The notes: generated by a model from the letters alone, not told the origin. A stretch of 64,000 nt of DNA from Octopus vulgaris (GCA_951406725.2 OX597814.1:4774001-4838000); one strand, 5' to 3'. Positions 1-13,089 are shown, counted from the stretch's first letter. Made by a program: numbers and translations.

Positions 1-195
1 ATAATTGTATTATATTTGAAAATTGTATTATAATATTTTGAAAATTCGTGAGTTGTTATCTATATTATAATTGCTTCTGATGTAGACACAAAACTAGGAA
101 TTTTGAGGTGTTAGTCGATTCCATGAAACCCGAAACTAGACAAATACTTTGTTTTATCGACCCTCGGCGAAAGGAAACATAAAATGTAATAATGA

Positions 196-573
196 TTTTG
201 ACTGCGGCCATGCTGGAGCACCGCCTTTAGTCGAGCAAATCGACCCCGGGACGTATTCTTTTTGTAAGCCCAGTACTTATTCTATCGGTCTCTTTTGCCG
301 AACCGCTAAGTGACGGGGACGTAAACACACCAGCATCGGTTGTCAAGCAATGCTAGGGGAACAAACACAGACACACAAACACACTCACATACATATACAT
401 ATATACATATATACGACAGGCTTCTTTCAGTTTCCGTCTACCAAATCCACTCACAAGGCATTGGTCGGCCCGGGGCTATAGCAGAAGACACTTGCCCAAG
501 GTGCCACGCAGTGGGATTGAACCCGGAACCATGTGGTTGGTTAACAAGCTACTTACCACACAGCCACTCCTGC
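196..573 (-). mobile_element. tRNA-derived SINE, family A (CORE-like)
   Basis: Reverse complement of the full copy at 7499-7900: tRNA-like head, 'cttgggcaagtg' core-like motif, internal (TA/TG) tract. Confidence 0.85.
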
Positions 574-1429
574 TAACAATAAGCACACAGCAGTATTTTG
601 AAAAAAATTGATAATTTTATTACAATAAATTTGATAATTGTATTATTATCCCTTACATGTGACTGGAGAAAGCTTTGAGTAAAGATGCCACGAGGAAGCG
701 AGAGAAAACTTAGAAACCAAACAAAGAATAAAACTGAAATATTTTTAAATGGAATTTAGAAATTTTATTGAATTAGAAAACAATAATGGTTCAGTTAATT
801 ATTTCTGGTTATTTAGGGATGCCAACCAATTGTCTGTGGAGTGAGATAGAAGCTATGGTTTGGAAATTCTTCCTATATCTTACCAGACTGATTTACCAAC
901 TGTCGAGAAAAATGACTCTCTCTTGCTCCTCTCTAAATACGACCATTAATCACTTCGCATGCATCATCTGTCTTACTTAAAATGAATTTTGCTTAATTAG
1001 AATCGTGACAAGATAAACGAATCTTTATAAAATTGGTGAAGATCTTTGTTCTTTGATTGTTTCAACATGTGTACGGATTTCCTTGTGTCGAGATATTCTA
1101 CTTTGAAGAACCATTTTCATTCCGTACAGAAGAGTTACATCGTGGTTTGGGGACTGAATTCTAACCAACTTGACAGTTTAGTAAGGAGTGAGGTGGGGGG
1201 GAGGCCATCACGTCATTGGTCATGTGATGAACAAGATCTGTGTAAAACGGTTTACTAGAAATTTCATATCATCCGATGAGAAAATCCACAAACTGTATAT
1301 TATAACCGTTTTATTTTATTTTTTCATTTCGTAAATGTGTGTGTGTCTGTGCGTGTGTGTGTGCGTGCGTGTGTGTGTGCGTGCGTGTATGTGTGTGTAT
1401 GTAATTACAGCTTGAATTCTACGCGGTAT

Positions 1430-2576
1430 GGACTGGTACAAAGTTTGAACTGTTTCCAAAGGAATTTTTGTCCATTCTTCAGCTAAAACAGTCTCCAGTT
1501 CTTGTAGTGATGATGGTGGAGGATATCGACTCCTTACTTGTTTTTTCTAAAATGCACCATAAATGTTCAATAATATCGAGATCTGAGGACTGTGGTGGCC
1601 AGATAAGATGTTCAACTTCACTAGAATGTTCCTCGTGCCATTCAGTAACAACTTTAGCTGTGTGAATTGGTGCATTATCATCCTGAAGGATTTGTTTTCA
1701 CTCCACAAACAGTTCTGCAACCATAGGATGACTTTCATCAGATAAAATGCTTAAATAGACTCGATTATTAATTCTGCCACAGATTTCCAAGATATAGCCG
1801 CCCCGCCTCCCCGATCATTACAGATCCTTCTCCATGTTTAACAGTTGCAAGAAGGCAGTCTGGGTCAAATGCTTCCTTTGGCTGTCTCCACACATATACT
1901 CAGCCGGTGGTCGGAAATAAGCTAAAGGATGACTTGTCCGAGAAAATAACATTCTTCCACTGCTCTAGGGACCAATTCTGTAGGTTTTTACTCCACTCTA
2001 AATGCTTTGCAACATTTGTTTTTGAAAGTGTTAGTTTTCTGATTGCGGTCCTCCCATGAAATCCGGCTTTGTGCAGCTCCTGGCGAACAGTTTTTGTGGA
2101 AACTGGGTTCTCGAGGTGGTCATTAAGCTCTGCTGTAATTTTGGGAGCTGTACTTTTGTTATCATTTCAAATAATTCGCGTAAGAGTCCGACGGTCGCTT
2201 CCTGAAAGTTTTGGTTTTCTTCCAGAGTTTTGTTTCAACGAGGAGGTTTTTCCCTCTTTCTCAAAGGCTGGCATTACTTTCAAGACAGTACTTCTTGATA
2301 CACCAAACATTTCGGCTGTTTTCGTTACGCTAGCGCCTGCCATACGAGCACCAACAATTTGACAGCTTTGAACGTCCGATAGATCTGTCATTTTAATGAA
2401 TTTTAATTACTATTTTCTGATGATATCTGAAAAGAAACAGTAGTTTTTGCAAAACATATTAAGCAACACTTATAATAAATAAAAAAACAAAAATAAACAA
2501 GCTTTTGACGCTTTTATAGATATTTTAAAATTATGTTGCTATGATGCTAGGTGTTTCCATTATTTTGTCCAACCCT

Positions 2577-2577
<1 letters not shown>
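1430..2577 (-). mobile_element. Degenerate Tc1-like DNA transposon
   Basis: ORF 2167-2391 encodes a Tc1 HTH N-terminus (GARMAGASVTKTAEMFGVSRSTV...SGRKPKLS). Further in-strand fragments contain the QDDNAP and PPQSSDLDIIEHLW catalytic-region motifs. TIR-like end at 2551-2577. Frameshifted. Confidence 0.85.
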
Positions 2578-2638
<61 letters not shown>

Positions 2639-2667
2639 CATATATATACATACATACATATAAAATA

Positions 2668-2826
2668 CAAGACGGGCTTCTTTCAGTTTCTGACTACCAA
2701 ATCCACTCACAAGGCATTGGTCGGCCTGGAGCTATAGCAGAAGACACTTGCCCAAGGTGCCACGAGTGGGACTGAAGCTGGAATCATGTGGTTGGGAAGC
2801 AAGCTTCTTACCACACAGCCACGCCT
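2668..2826 (-). mobile_element. SINE family A, 5' part
   Basis: Matches the head of 7499-7900. Confidence 0.8.
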
Positions 2827-2891
<65 letters not shown>

Positions 2892-3092
2892 TGTTTATTC
2901 TGAATGAGTAAAAATTCAACAGAAACACAGCGAGCTGAAAATTCCCATGCAAGGCGTTGCCAATTCTTCATCAATCATTGTCCAAAAGATCATAACAGAT
3001 TCGCGCCTTTAACGATGATATTGTTTGTATTTTGATGCGCCAGCGGCGAGGATCCGGTGGGAACAGCTAACGAATATACAAGACAATGACGA

Positions 3093-3140
<48 letters not shown>

Positions 3141-3232
3141 GCAAGATTCCTGATGTGAAATCGTGTGTTGAAGCAGATATTTCGAAATATGCCAAGAAAT
3201 AAAATGACCATCCCGAAATATAACAATATATA

Positions 3233-3297
<65 letters not shown>

Positions 3298-3298
<1 letters not shown>

Positions 3299-3850
3299 GT
3301 GAGAGAGCAGTGCATGCCATCAAAGTGACACTGGGGTAAAATATACGAAGCCCAATATACCCATCATGACTACCCGTCTGATAAGGGTACACCAGGCACA
3401 TGCATCACAACCATATGTGTGCGACATGGTGATCTCATATCAAGATAAACAGCACATGACCTTGCAGGTGGGGCCCAGTTAGAATTTTCTTCAGGTTGAG
3501 TAGCCCATCCCGCTCAAACGGTCCCTGAATAAGGGTTGTTTAAGGATGTTAAAAGAACCACCCATGTTTCCAGAGGTGAATTATTCAAACCCCAAAGAAT
3601 CCCTCTCAACACATGGCTATGATACTCCCCCACTACTTCTGCTCGTGATCAGAGATGCACATATCGTCAGCCACTAAGGGACATGCTCAACTGGTTAAGG
3701 TCAAACAACTGACAAGCAAATCTGTGGTATTGAGCAGAATATTTGCTGTAGCCCATCTTTTATACCAAGACAAAACAATGTACATGATAACACTTCCAAT
3801 CAGTTAAGATCAGAAGCCATGAGAGCCACTGCCTGGTACTGCATCAGGGC

Positions 3851-3854
<4 letters not shown>
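3298..3854 (-). mobile_element. ~555-bp non-coding element inserted in (TAA)n, full copy
   Basis: Flanked on both sides by (att)n; near-identical copies at 18279, 29132 and 42775. Confidence 0.85.
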
Positions 3855-3909
<55 letters not shown>

Positions 3910-3910
3910 T

Positions 3911-3966
3911 AACTCTGACGAGAGAAATATAGACTATTGCTATGGTTTCGAAACGGCCGTAAGGTT
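3911..3966 (+). ncRNA. Type I hammerhead ribozyme motif
   Basis: aact-CTGACGA-(stem II gaaatatag/ctatggtttc)-GAAA-cggccg-TA-aggtt; stem III is the palindrome ACGGCCGT; stem I imperfect. Confidence 0.6.
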
Positions 3967-4441
3967 TTATACATAGACTTTATACATGTTCCAGACTCTT
4001 TATGAATCATTTCACACCCGCTTTATCACCCTCTTCATTCGGACTTCGCAAGTACATTTCTGGACTTACACTTTTTATATATTTATATTTATGAATTTTT
4101 ATGTGTTTTTAGATTTTTATATTTGTATGAATTTTTATATATTTATAAATTTTCGTGTGTATATATGTATTTGTAAATTCTTAGAAATTTTTTAGAAATC
4201 ATATAGATGAATGCATCTATGTATGTATTTTGTATACCATGGAGAATTTCGTTAATATGGATTGAATGAATATATACATGGGCCTTTGAATTTGTTTTCT
4301 CCTCTCCTTAATTATATATATATATGCTCGAAACGTAAAACCACCTTTCTTTCCTTGGGCGTCAGTTAATACTTTACATGTACCACGTCCTCGCGTTGTT
4401 GTTTTTTATTTGTTCTTCTTTCTTTTGGATTTACTTTATAT

Positions 4442-4534
<93 letters not shown>

Positions 4535-4537
<3 letters not shown>

Positions 4538-4805
4538 TCATGTGACGGACCAATCCATCAGATGTAGTTACACATCGCTGGTCACAATGCGTTCGCATTG
4601 TTTTAGCCTTCGAAAAACAATGACGCCACCCCGCTGGCTAAGCAAGCAGGCCAACAGAAGAAAGAGTGGGAGAAAGAGTGGTGAAAGAATACAGCAGGGA
4701 TCACCACCCCCTGCCGGAGCCTCACAACGCCCGGTCTGGGAATCGAAACCGCGATCCTACGACCGCGAGTCCGCTGCCCTAACCACTGGGCCATTGTGCC
4801 TCCAC
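4535..4805 (-). mobile_element. SINE with a family-B head and an alternative tail
   Basis: Head matches 14261 onward; tail ('...gtgaccagcgatgtgtaactacatctgatgg') differs from family B and resembles 12228-12275. Confidence 0.75.
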
Positions 4806-4817
4806 ATATACATATAA

Positions 4818-4928
<111 letters not shown>

Positions 4929-4999
4929 GTAGGTCCCGGGTTGATTCGGGGTTAACCACAGTAAATAAGGTACTCAATACATAGCAGAGTAAAATTAAT

Positions 5000-5123
5000 T
5001 TATTATATAGAAGGAGTTTACAGGACTAGAACTGTTTCATTCAAGAGAAATCTTCAGGAAGCTTCCTGAAGATTTCTCTTGAATGAAACAGTTCTAGTCC
5101 TGTAGAAGCTCCTTCTATATAAA

Positions 5124-5126
<3 letters not shown>
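5000..5126. repeat. Near-perfect palindrome (centre aagctt 5059-5064) carrying a hammerhead motif on each strand
   Basis: Arms of ~62 bp. Plus-strand motif gcttc-CTGAAGA-tttctcttgaat-GAAA-cag(ttctagtc)ctg-TA-gaagc at 5061-5109. The element lies in a (TA)n tract. Confidence 0.8.
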
Positions 5127-5182
<56 letters not shown>

Positions 5183-5500
5183 GTATATACAAGATGTATC
5201 AAAAGTCTATGTCACATTCTATGAACTGATATACAATACAAATAGCAGCATGATTGAACTGGTACCAAAGCTAAAAATGTAAAGTTCTCACCTAATCTAA
5301 CTCTATTTAATAAATTAGATATATATATATATATATATATATAAGTATATCGGAATTCAGAGTTAGAGGTTGGACAACCATCTAAGGGATAAACGTCGAA
5401 TATACTACTGTATCTTTACCATTATGGAATTACTGACTCTCTGATGAAGCTTTGGAGTTAAATTTTTATGACATGTTAACTGTAGCATACTGGATCCCTG

Positions 5501-5571
<71 letters not shown>

Positions 5572-5661
5572 CATACATGTACATACATAGTTTATAAATA
5601 CAGGTAGTAGTAATTATTTGAAAAAATTTGTAATTTTTAATTTCGTGGATGTGTGTGTGTG

Positions 5662-5721
<60 letters not shown>

Positions 5722-5769
5722 TAGCGAGAAACTTGAGTAGTGAAATTCTTGATCTCATTTTCAATGAAG

Positions 5770-5828
<59 letters not shown>

Positions 5829-6050
5829 TGTCTCACACTATTTTGTACACTCGTATGAGAGTTAATATATTAGAAAATGACTGACGTCCGTGTCAAACGT
5901 GACACCCAAGTCGATTCCATATTTGATTTTAGAGAGATTAATTGAGGATATACATATTCAGTTGATATGTAATATTTTTCGTCTTATACCTTGAACGTTT
6001 CTGTACAATACCACATAATATTCTGACGTTGAAATACCAAGCCATATGGA

Positions 6051-6444
6051 TGGAAGCACTCCGTCGGTTACGACGACGAAGGTTCGAAGGTTCCGGTTGA
6101 TCCGAATCAACGGAACAGCCTGCTCGTGAAATTAACGTGTAAGTGGCTGAGCACTCCACAGACACGTGTACCCTTAACGTAGTTCTCGGGGATATTCAGC
6201 GTGACACAGAGAGTGACAAGGCCGGCCCTTTGAAATACAGGTACAACAGAAACAGGAAGTAAGAGTGAAAGAAAGTTGTGGTGAAAGAGTACAGCAGGGA
6301 ACACCACCATCCCCTGCCGGAGCCTCATGGAGCTTTTAGGTGTTTTCGCTCAATAAACACTCACAACGCCCGGACTGGGAATCGAAACCGCGATCCTATG
6401 ACCGCGAGTCCGCTGCCCTGACCACTGGGCCATTGCGCCTCCAC
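6051..6444 (-). mobile_element. tRNA(Arg)-like SINE, family B
   Basis: A-box-like tggcccagtgg and B-box-like ggtttcgattccc; target-site duplication ccaagccatat on both sides. Confidence 0.9.
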
Positions 6445-6609
6445 ATCCAAGCCATATATCTGTCATACCAATATACGTATCTATTATAACCAGATACATA
6501 GAGTCAAATATGCGTAAATAGCCACCAATTCGTATCCTATCAGTACAGGTGTCCAACATTCAAAGTTAAAATATGTTTGTTGAGATCTTTTAGTCATAAA
6601 ATGTGACGT

Positions 6610-6830
6610 CGCATGGCTCAGTGGTAAGGGTGTCCGGCTCCCGGTTATAAGGACGTAAGTTCGATTGCCAGTGGCGCGTTGCATCCTTCCCACTTTTTTC
6701 TTGTTGTTCCAATCCACTCAACTAACAAAAATGAGTAGTACCTGTAATACAAACGGGCCAGTCTTGTCGTATCCTATGTCACGTTGAATCTCAATGTGAA
6801 CTACATTCAACGTACATATGTCTGTGGAGC
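6610..6830 (+). mobile_element. Old, diverged tRNA-SINE related to family B
   Basis: tggctcagtgg...gttcgattgcc head, followed by weak similarity to the family B body. Confidence 0.55.
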
Positions 6831-7149
6831 AGGCTATTCCATTTTTTATTGGTTGGGGGTGGGGTTAAGCTATAAAATAGATTAGCCCAACCAACTGACC
6901 GATGGATTGTAAACTTTAGGCTGGGTCTAATACATCACGTGATACGAAATCCGCCACAGACTGGTGATTCTCACGAGTGCAATGATATTCAGGTAGAATA
7001 CTTCCGGTTGTAGTGTACTTCCGGTAGCGTAGAAAGAAGTAAAAATATGACAAATTTCCAGCAACGTGAAGTCATGTGTTTCTTTAAATGACAAAGTTTA
7101 TAGTCACAGAAGATACTTGAGGATATTATAACAGTATAGACTATTGGTT

Positions 7150-7330
7150 TCGAATTTCAACACAGGGCCAGCAATTTCGAATGAGGGAGTAGGTCGATTA
7201 CACTGACTCCGGTGTTCAACGGGTACTTATTTTATCGACCCCGAAAGGATGAAAATTAAATTCGACCACGACGGTATTTGAACTCGGAACGTGAAGTCGG
7301 AAGAAGTGCCGCTAAGCATTTTGTCCGGCC
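7150..7330 (-). mobile_element. SINE family C, diverged
   Basis: Contains the reverse complement of 'ttcatcctttcggggtcgataaa...gtacc'. Confidence 0.7.
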
Positions 7331-7498
7331 TTATAGCAGTATAAGTTAACACAGATCGGTGAAATGGAACTTTTTGAAAATCATTTTGATAATTTTATGT
7401 TACTTTATATATTTATATAAGGCTAATTGGTAATATCAGAAACGCTCTTTCCCATGACATAAGGTTTTCTGGCAATTTTATGATAAAATATATCATAA

Positions 7499-7900
7499 GG
7501 CGCAGGAGTGGCTGTGTGGTAAGTAGCTTGCCAACCAACCACATGGTTCCGGGTTCAGTCCCACTGCGTGGCATCTTGGGCAAGTGTCTTCTGCTATAGC
7601 CCCGGGCCGACCAATGCCTTGTGAGTGGATTTGGTAGACGGAAACTGAAAGAAGCCTGTCGTATATATGTATATATATATATATGTGTGTGTGTTTATGT
7701 GTGTTTGTCCCACTAGCATTGCTTAACAACCGATGCTGGTGTGTTTACGTCCCCGTCACTTAGCGGTTCGGCAAAGAGACCGATAGAATAAGTACTGGGC
7801 TTACAAAGAATAAGTCCCGGGGTCGATTTGCTCGACTAAAGGCGGTGCTCCAGCACGGCCGCAGTCAAAATGACTGAAACAAGTAAAAGAGTAAAAGAGT
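7499..7900 (+). mobile_element. SINE family A, full length
   Basis: tggctgtgtgg A-box, ggttcagtccc B-box, (gtaaaaga)n tail, short TSD ataag. Confidence 0.9.
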
Positions 7901-8420
7901 ATAAGTTTTGGTAAATCCATCAATGGGAGGACAAAAGGAAACTAATAAAAATGAATTTGATATTTTATTTAGCAAAATAAGACGGCACAAATGCAATTGA
8001 AAGATGAGAAAATAGATTTTTACAAAGGTTATATTCATTTTTTTTTTAGGCTCTGCACCTTAAAATCTCTTCTTTTTCACCTGCAAACTACACCTGGAAC
8101 TCTTTTCTTTGTGAGTATTTGATGGATATTCACGATGCAACATCCAGCAGTAGTCCGCCATCATACTGACACTCGATCTTCCATAATATCTTCTTCCTAT
8201 CTCCTTAATGTCTTGGTGAAACATCTCCCCCTGTTTCTCCCTTACATCCCCCAGATTTTACGGAAAGAATTCCAAATTGGCATGTAGCAAATGAACATTA
8301 AAATGCTCATTTTACATCCTATGGCCTCGAAATTTTCCAGCATTCTTCCCACAATATCACAATAGTTTGGATCTTTATCACTTCTTTAAAACTAAATCTA
8401 TGCTTTTTGTTTGTTTTCAA

Positions 8421-9224
8421 AGTCATTTCCCCATGTCTTTTATCAATGTTTATGTAATACATACTATTAATGCGGCGAGCTGGCAGAACTGTTAGCACCT
8501 CGAGCGAAACGCTTAGCGGTATTTCGTCTGCCGCTACGTTTTGAGTTCAAATTCCGCCGAGGTCGACTTTGCCTTTCATCCTTTCGGGGTCGATAAATTA
8601 AGTACCAGTTACGCACTGGGGTCGATGTAATCGACTTAATACCTATGTCTGTCCTTGTTTGTCCCCTCTGTGTTTAGCCCCTTGTGGGTAATAAAGAAAT
8701 AGGTATTTTGTCTGCGTTACGTTGTGAGTTCGAATTCCACCGAGGTCGACTTTGCCTTTCATCCTCGGGGGCCATAATTAAACCAGTTACGCACGGGAGA
8801 AAAGACAGAAAACGGATTAAGTCGATTACATCGACCCCAGTGCGTAAATGGTACTTAATTTATCAACCCCATACGAAAGGATGAAAGGCAAAGTCGACCT
8901 CGGCGGAATTTGAACTCAAAACGTAGCGGCAGACGAAATACATATTTCTTTATTGCCCACAAGGGGCTAAACATAGAGGGGACAAACAAGGACAGAAAAA
9001 CGGATTAAGTCGATTACATCGACCCCAGTGCGTAACTGGTACTTAATTTATCGACCCCCGAAAGGATGAAAGGCAAAGTCGACCTCGGCGGAATTTGAAC
9101 TCAAAACGTAGCGGCAGACGAAATACCGCTAAGTATTTCGCCCGAGGTGCTAACGTGTCTGCCAGCTCGCCGCCTTCATAGTATGTATTACATAAACATC
9201 GATAAAAGACATGGAGAAATGACT
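8421..9224. repeat. ~800-bp fold-back of family C SINEs plus flanking DNA
   Basis: SINE C on + (8472-8790) and on - (8795-9175); the ~50 bp of non-SINE flank at 8421-8468 is also the reverse complement of 9178-9224. Confidence 0.85.
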
Positions 9225-9437
9225 GAAATTAAAAAAGGAAAAGAGATACGTTTTGACCCAAGCAACATAACCGTGTAAAGCGCGTCATTGTCCACTCACT
9301 GCTCGCGGGTGTCTGAAGCTACAGCGATTCAGGCACCTCTCTGTTTAGCTGAAGCAGTCGAAACGTTGTCAAATGCTTCTTTTGAAAATTATGCTTATTA
9401 CTTATATTGTTACAGTCTCTTTAAATACGACAATTTG

Positions 9438-9822
9438 TGGAAGCACTCCGTCGGTTACGACGATGAGGGTTCCGGTTGATCCGATCAACGGAACAGCCTG
9501 CTCGTGAAATTAACGTGTAAGTGGCTGAGCACTCCACAGACACATGTACCCTTAACGCAGTTCTCGGGGATATTCAGCGTGACACAGAGAGTGACAAGGC
9601 CGGCCCTTTGAAATACAGGTACAACAGAAACAGGAAGTAAGAGTGAGAGAAAGTTGTGATGAAAGAGTACAGCAGGGATCACCACCATCCCCTGCCGGAG
9701 CCTCGTGGAGCTTTAGGTGTTTTCGCTCAATAAACACTCACAACGCCCGGTCTGGGAATCGAAACCGCGATCCTATGACCGCGAGTCCGCTGTCCTAACC
9801 ACTGGGCCATTGCGCCTCCACA
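9438..9822 (-). mobile_element. SINE family B
   Basis: Full copy; 13-bp TSD aaatacgacaatt. Confidence 0.9.
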
Positions 9823-10033
9823 AATACGACAATTATTAGTAATAATAAGACAATAGTCAAATTCGGGCATAATGGTGTAAGGTAGTGATCGATTTTGTGA
9901 AGAAACTGTACGTGATAGGAGAATGTCTTTATAATATTTAAAACCAGCAGGTAAAAATTGATGAATTTTACCCAATAAATGTAAAAGAATATTTTTGGAC
10001 TCAGACCTGTGTAATGAGTATTATATAAGATAT

Positions 10034-10253
10034 ATTTCTTTATTGCCCACAAGGGGCTAAACGTAGAGGGGACGTAGAGGGGACGGATTAAGTCGATTAC
10101 ATCGACCCCAGTACGAAACTGATACTTTATTTATCGACCCCGAAAGGATGAAAGGCAAAGTCGACCTCGGCGGAATTTGAACTCAGAACGTAGCGGCAGA
10201 CGAAATACCGCTAAGCATTTCGCCCGGCGTGCTAACGTTTCTGCCAGCTCGCC
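10034..10253 (-). mobile_element. SINE family C
   Basis: Full copy; TSD ataagata. Confidence 0.85.
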
Positions 10254-11412
10254 ATAAGATAGAATGTTCGAAGTGTCTACAATATTACTGGTTAGCAGAC
10301 CAGCTAAGACTGGGCCATCTTACGACTTAAGACTGTCTGGTCATATGACGATCTTGTCCATTTCTCCTGTATATCTATCTAAGACTATTAAGCAATCATC
10401 TTTTCGGTTTTTAGATCATGACGTAGGTAGACTTAGTAGCTATATCTATCAAACTGAGTGTTTATGACTACACACCATGAGTAGGCTGGTGATAGTCTTT
10501 ATAATGTAGAGGATTTTTTCTTTATCTGTTGGTCGCGTCTGTGTTTACGCTGAATATCGTAATATCTAGTGTGGTGTTAAAGTTTATAACTATGCAGTTC
10601 GCTTCTCTGAATGTAATAATTGCATTTGTTCCTTTGAGATGTTCGAATGCAACATTTCACATTACAAAAGCTTTTACGAAAACAAAAAAAGGTGTTCGAA
10701 AATCGTGTGTTGAGAAGGCGTGGGTAGATATTACTGTTGTCAGCCTGTAGAAATAATGCCACCATACACAGGAGAAGCGGGGAAAATAAGAAGAAAATAA
10801 GAGATAAGAAGATTAAAAAATGAAAGAAGACGAAAGTGCGGTCTTTAAAGTATTTACTAGTTTTTGCGACTAATTTCCGGCAATTCTAGAATTGCATGGG
10901 TGGGCACTGAAGAAGTTGAAGAAATACATAATAGGAAGAAAAGCATTTTAGTTTTTCAAATAAAATGTATGTTCTTTGTTTTATAATCCCCCAAAATACA
11001 TGCATATACATAAATATACACACGCGTACACATATATGGATAGACATACATAAATATATGCTTATAGGCATATACAGACCTACATACATGCATACATACA
11101 TACATACATACATACATAAATACATACATACATACATACATACATACATACATACATACATACATACATACATACATACATACATTCATACGTACGTACA
11201 TTACTTATCAGACTTGAAAACCAGCATTAAAAAAATTATAGAACGCTTGATACAAATGTATAGAATAATATATATATAAATAAACATAGAGTAACACGAA
11301 TTACAGATCGTCCATTGTAGTTACTATTAGTTTCTGGCTGTCAAAGCATTTTATCGGATGACGTCTTTTACAAATCAACCAGTTTTGAAACAATATTTTA
11401 AAGGGAAAACAA

Positions 11413-11996
11413 GGCGGCCAGCTGGCAGAACCGTTAGCACTCCGGGCGAAATGCGTAGCCGTATTTCGTCTGCCGTTACGTTCTGAGTTCAAACTCCGCC
11501 GAGGTCGACTTTGCCTTTCATCCTTTCGGGATCGATATATTAAGTGCCAGTTACGCACTGGGGTCGATGTAATCGACTTATTCCGTTTGTCTGTCCTTGT
11601 TCGTCCCCTCTGTGTTTAGCCCCTTGTGGGTAGTAAAGAAATAGGTATTTCGTCTGTCTTTACGTTCTGAGTTCAAATTCCGCCGATGTCGACTTTGCCT
11701 TTTATCCTTTCGGGGTCGATAAATTAAGTACCAGTTACGCACTGGGGTCGATATAATCGACTTATTCCGTTTGTCTGTCCTTGTTCGTCCCCTCTGTGTT
11801 TAGCCCCTTGTGGGTAGTAAAGAAATAGGTATTTCGTCTGTCTTTACGTTCTGAGTTCAAATTCCGCCGATGTCGACTTTGCCTTTCATCCTTTCGGGGA
11901 TCGATAAATTAAGTATCAGTTACGCACTGGGGTCGATCTAATCGATTGGCACCCTCCCCAAAGATTTCGAGCCTTGTACCTCGAGTAGAAAAGAAT
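11413..11996 (+). mobile_element. SINE family C with an internal ~180-bp tandem triplication
   Basis: The body 'gtatttcgtctg...gtcgat' occurs three times; the last unit has a different tail. Confidence 0.85.
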
Positions 11997-12019
11997 ATTT
12001 AGCAGACGTAACAGAGTGA

Positions 12020-12275
12020 CACAAGGTCCGTGACCTGGTTGTTAAGGTGTGACACTCACGCACGGACGATCGTGATTTCGATTTCCAGATCGGCGTTTTG
12101 CTCTTAAGCCACACACTTCATTTAATGCTTACCTTCAACAGACTGACGTCCCGTTCAAGGGGTATGCGGGCCCACCCGCCCAGGCAGTCAGCAGGGTGGT
12201 ATTATGCGACAGCTACAACAATACAATGTGACCAGCGGTGTATAACAACATCCGATTGTCTAGTTGATACAGTGA
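12020..12275 (+). mobile_element. Old diverged SINE
   Basis: Degenerate tRNA-like head; tail shared with 4535-4805 and 46050-46310. Confidence 0.5.
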
Positions 12276-12367
12276 TGTGTGTGTGTGTGTGTGTGTGTGT
12301 TAAATAAAATGAGACAGCAAAGCCAAGGCTGTTTGTAATTTTCAAGACATTTATAAAGAGAAAGTTA

Positions 12368-12415
12368 GTCTTACAGCTGTTTCTGTGATATTAGGGATAT
12401 CTCTTCATCAGAGAC
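12368..12415 (-). ncRNA. Type I hammerhead ribozyme motif
   Basis: gtct-CTGATGA-agagatatccctaatatcaca-GAAA-cagctg-TA-agac; palindromic stem III ACAGCTGT. Confidence 0.75.
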
Positions 12416-12506
12416 GATATAAGAGAGTGATCAAGAGGGAAATAGTAGAGTTCAATATAAAGAGTTATTCTAAAAAAAGGATGGATATAGGAAGTATAAA
12501 GGGAAA

Positions 12507-12809
12507 TCTTTATATATAAAACTGTAGATGTGTGTGTGTCTGTCTACTCCGATTTATATTCCTAACTACTCCCACATTTTGCGGTGCAGTTTAACCAAAA
12601 CCGGGTATCTTATAGTCGTGATTCATATCGAGCCCTTCTGGGTATTAGCGCGCGTCTACGATGAGTCTACGATTTTTAAAAAGATTACCATCATTTTTCT
12701 GCATTTTTAATCCATTTTTGCTCGATTTATATAAGGGAAGTAACTCTCTAAAAATGCTTGTATAGTTATTTCCCTTACAAACCCGAACAACGCCGGGTGA
12801 TACTGCTAG
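12507..12809 (+). mobile_element. Non-autonomous Helitron
   Basis: 5' TC, 3' hairpin cccg(aacaacgc)cggg followed by CTAG, inserted between A and T. Confidence 0.8.
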
Positions 12810-13088
12810 TAAGAGAATAAAAATAAGAATATATTTGGATGTTACAGTTTCAGTTCCATTATCCAATGAAGTGTTGTGTAGAATGGGTGGAAATGCTTCT
12901 TGTCCATGGAATGCAGATTCCGACAGGAGTTCATATTTTGTTATTACAAATGGAAAGTGTGGAGACATAGATTCCATTCAAAGGGAGGAGGGTTGTGGTG
13001 TGAATAAAATTTTGAGAGTGTTCTGGTAGGGGTAAGTAGATAAAGAGAAGGGAATAAATATGTATGTTAGAAGGAGAAAGGTATTGGT

Positions 13089-13089
<1 letters not shown>

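Noticed and set aside
9305-9378. CTGAAG...GAAAcgttgTC hammerhead-like string
   Set aside because: Core mismatch and no convincing stem I
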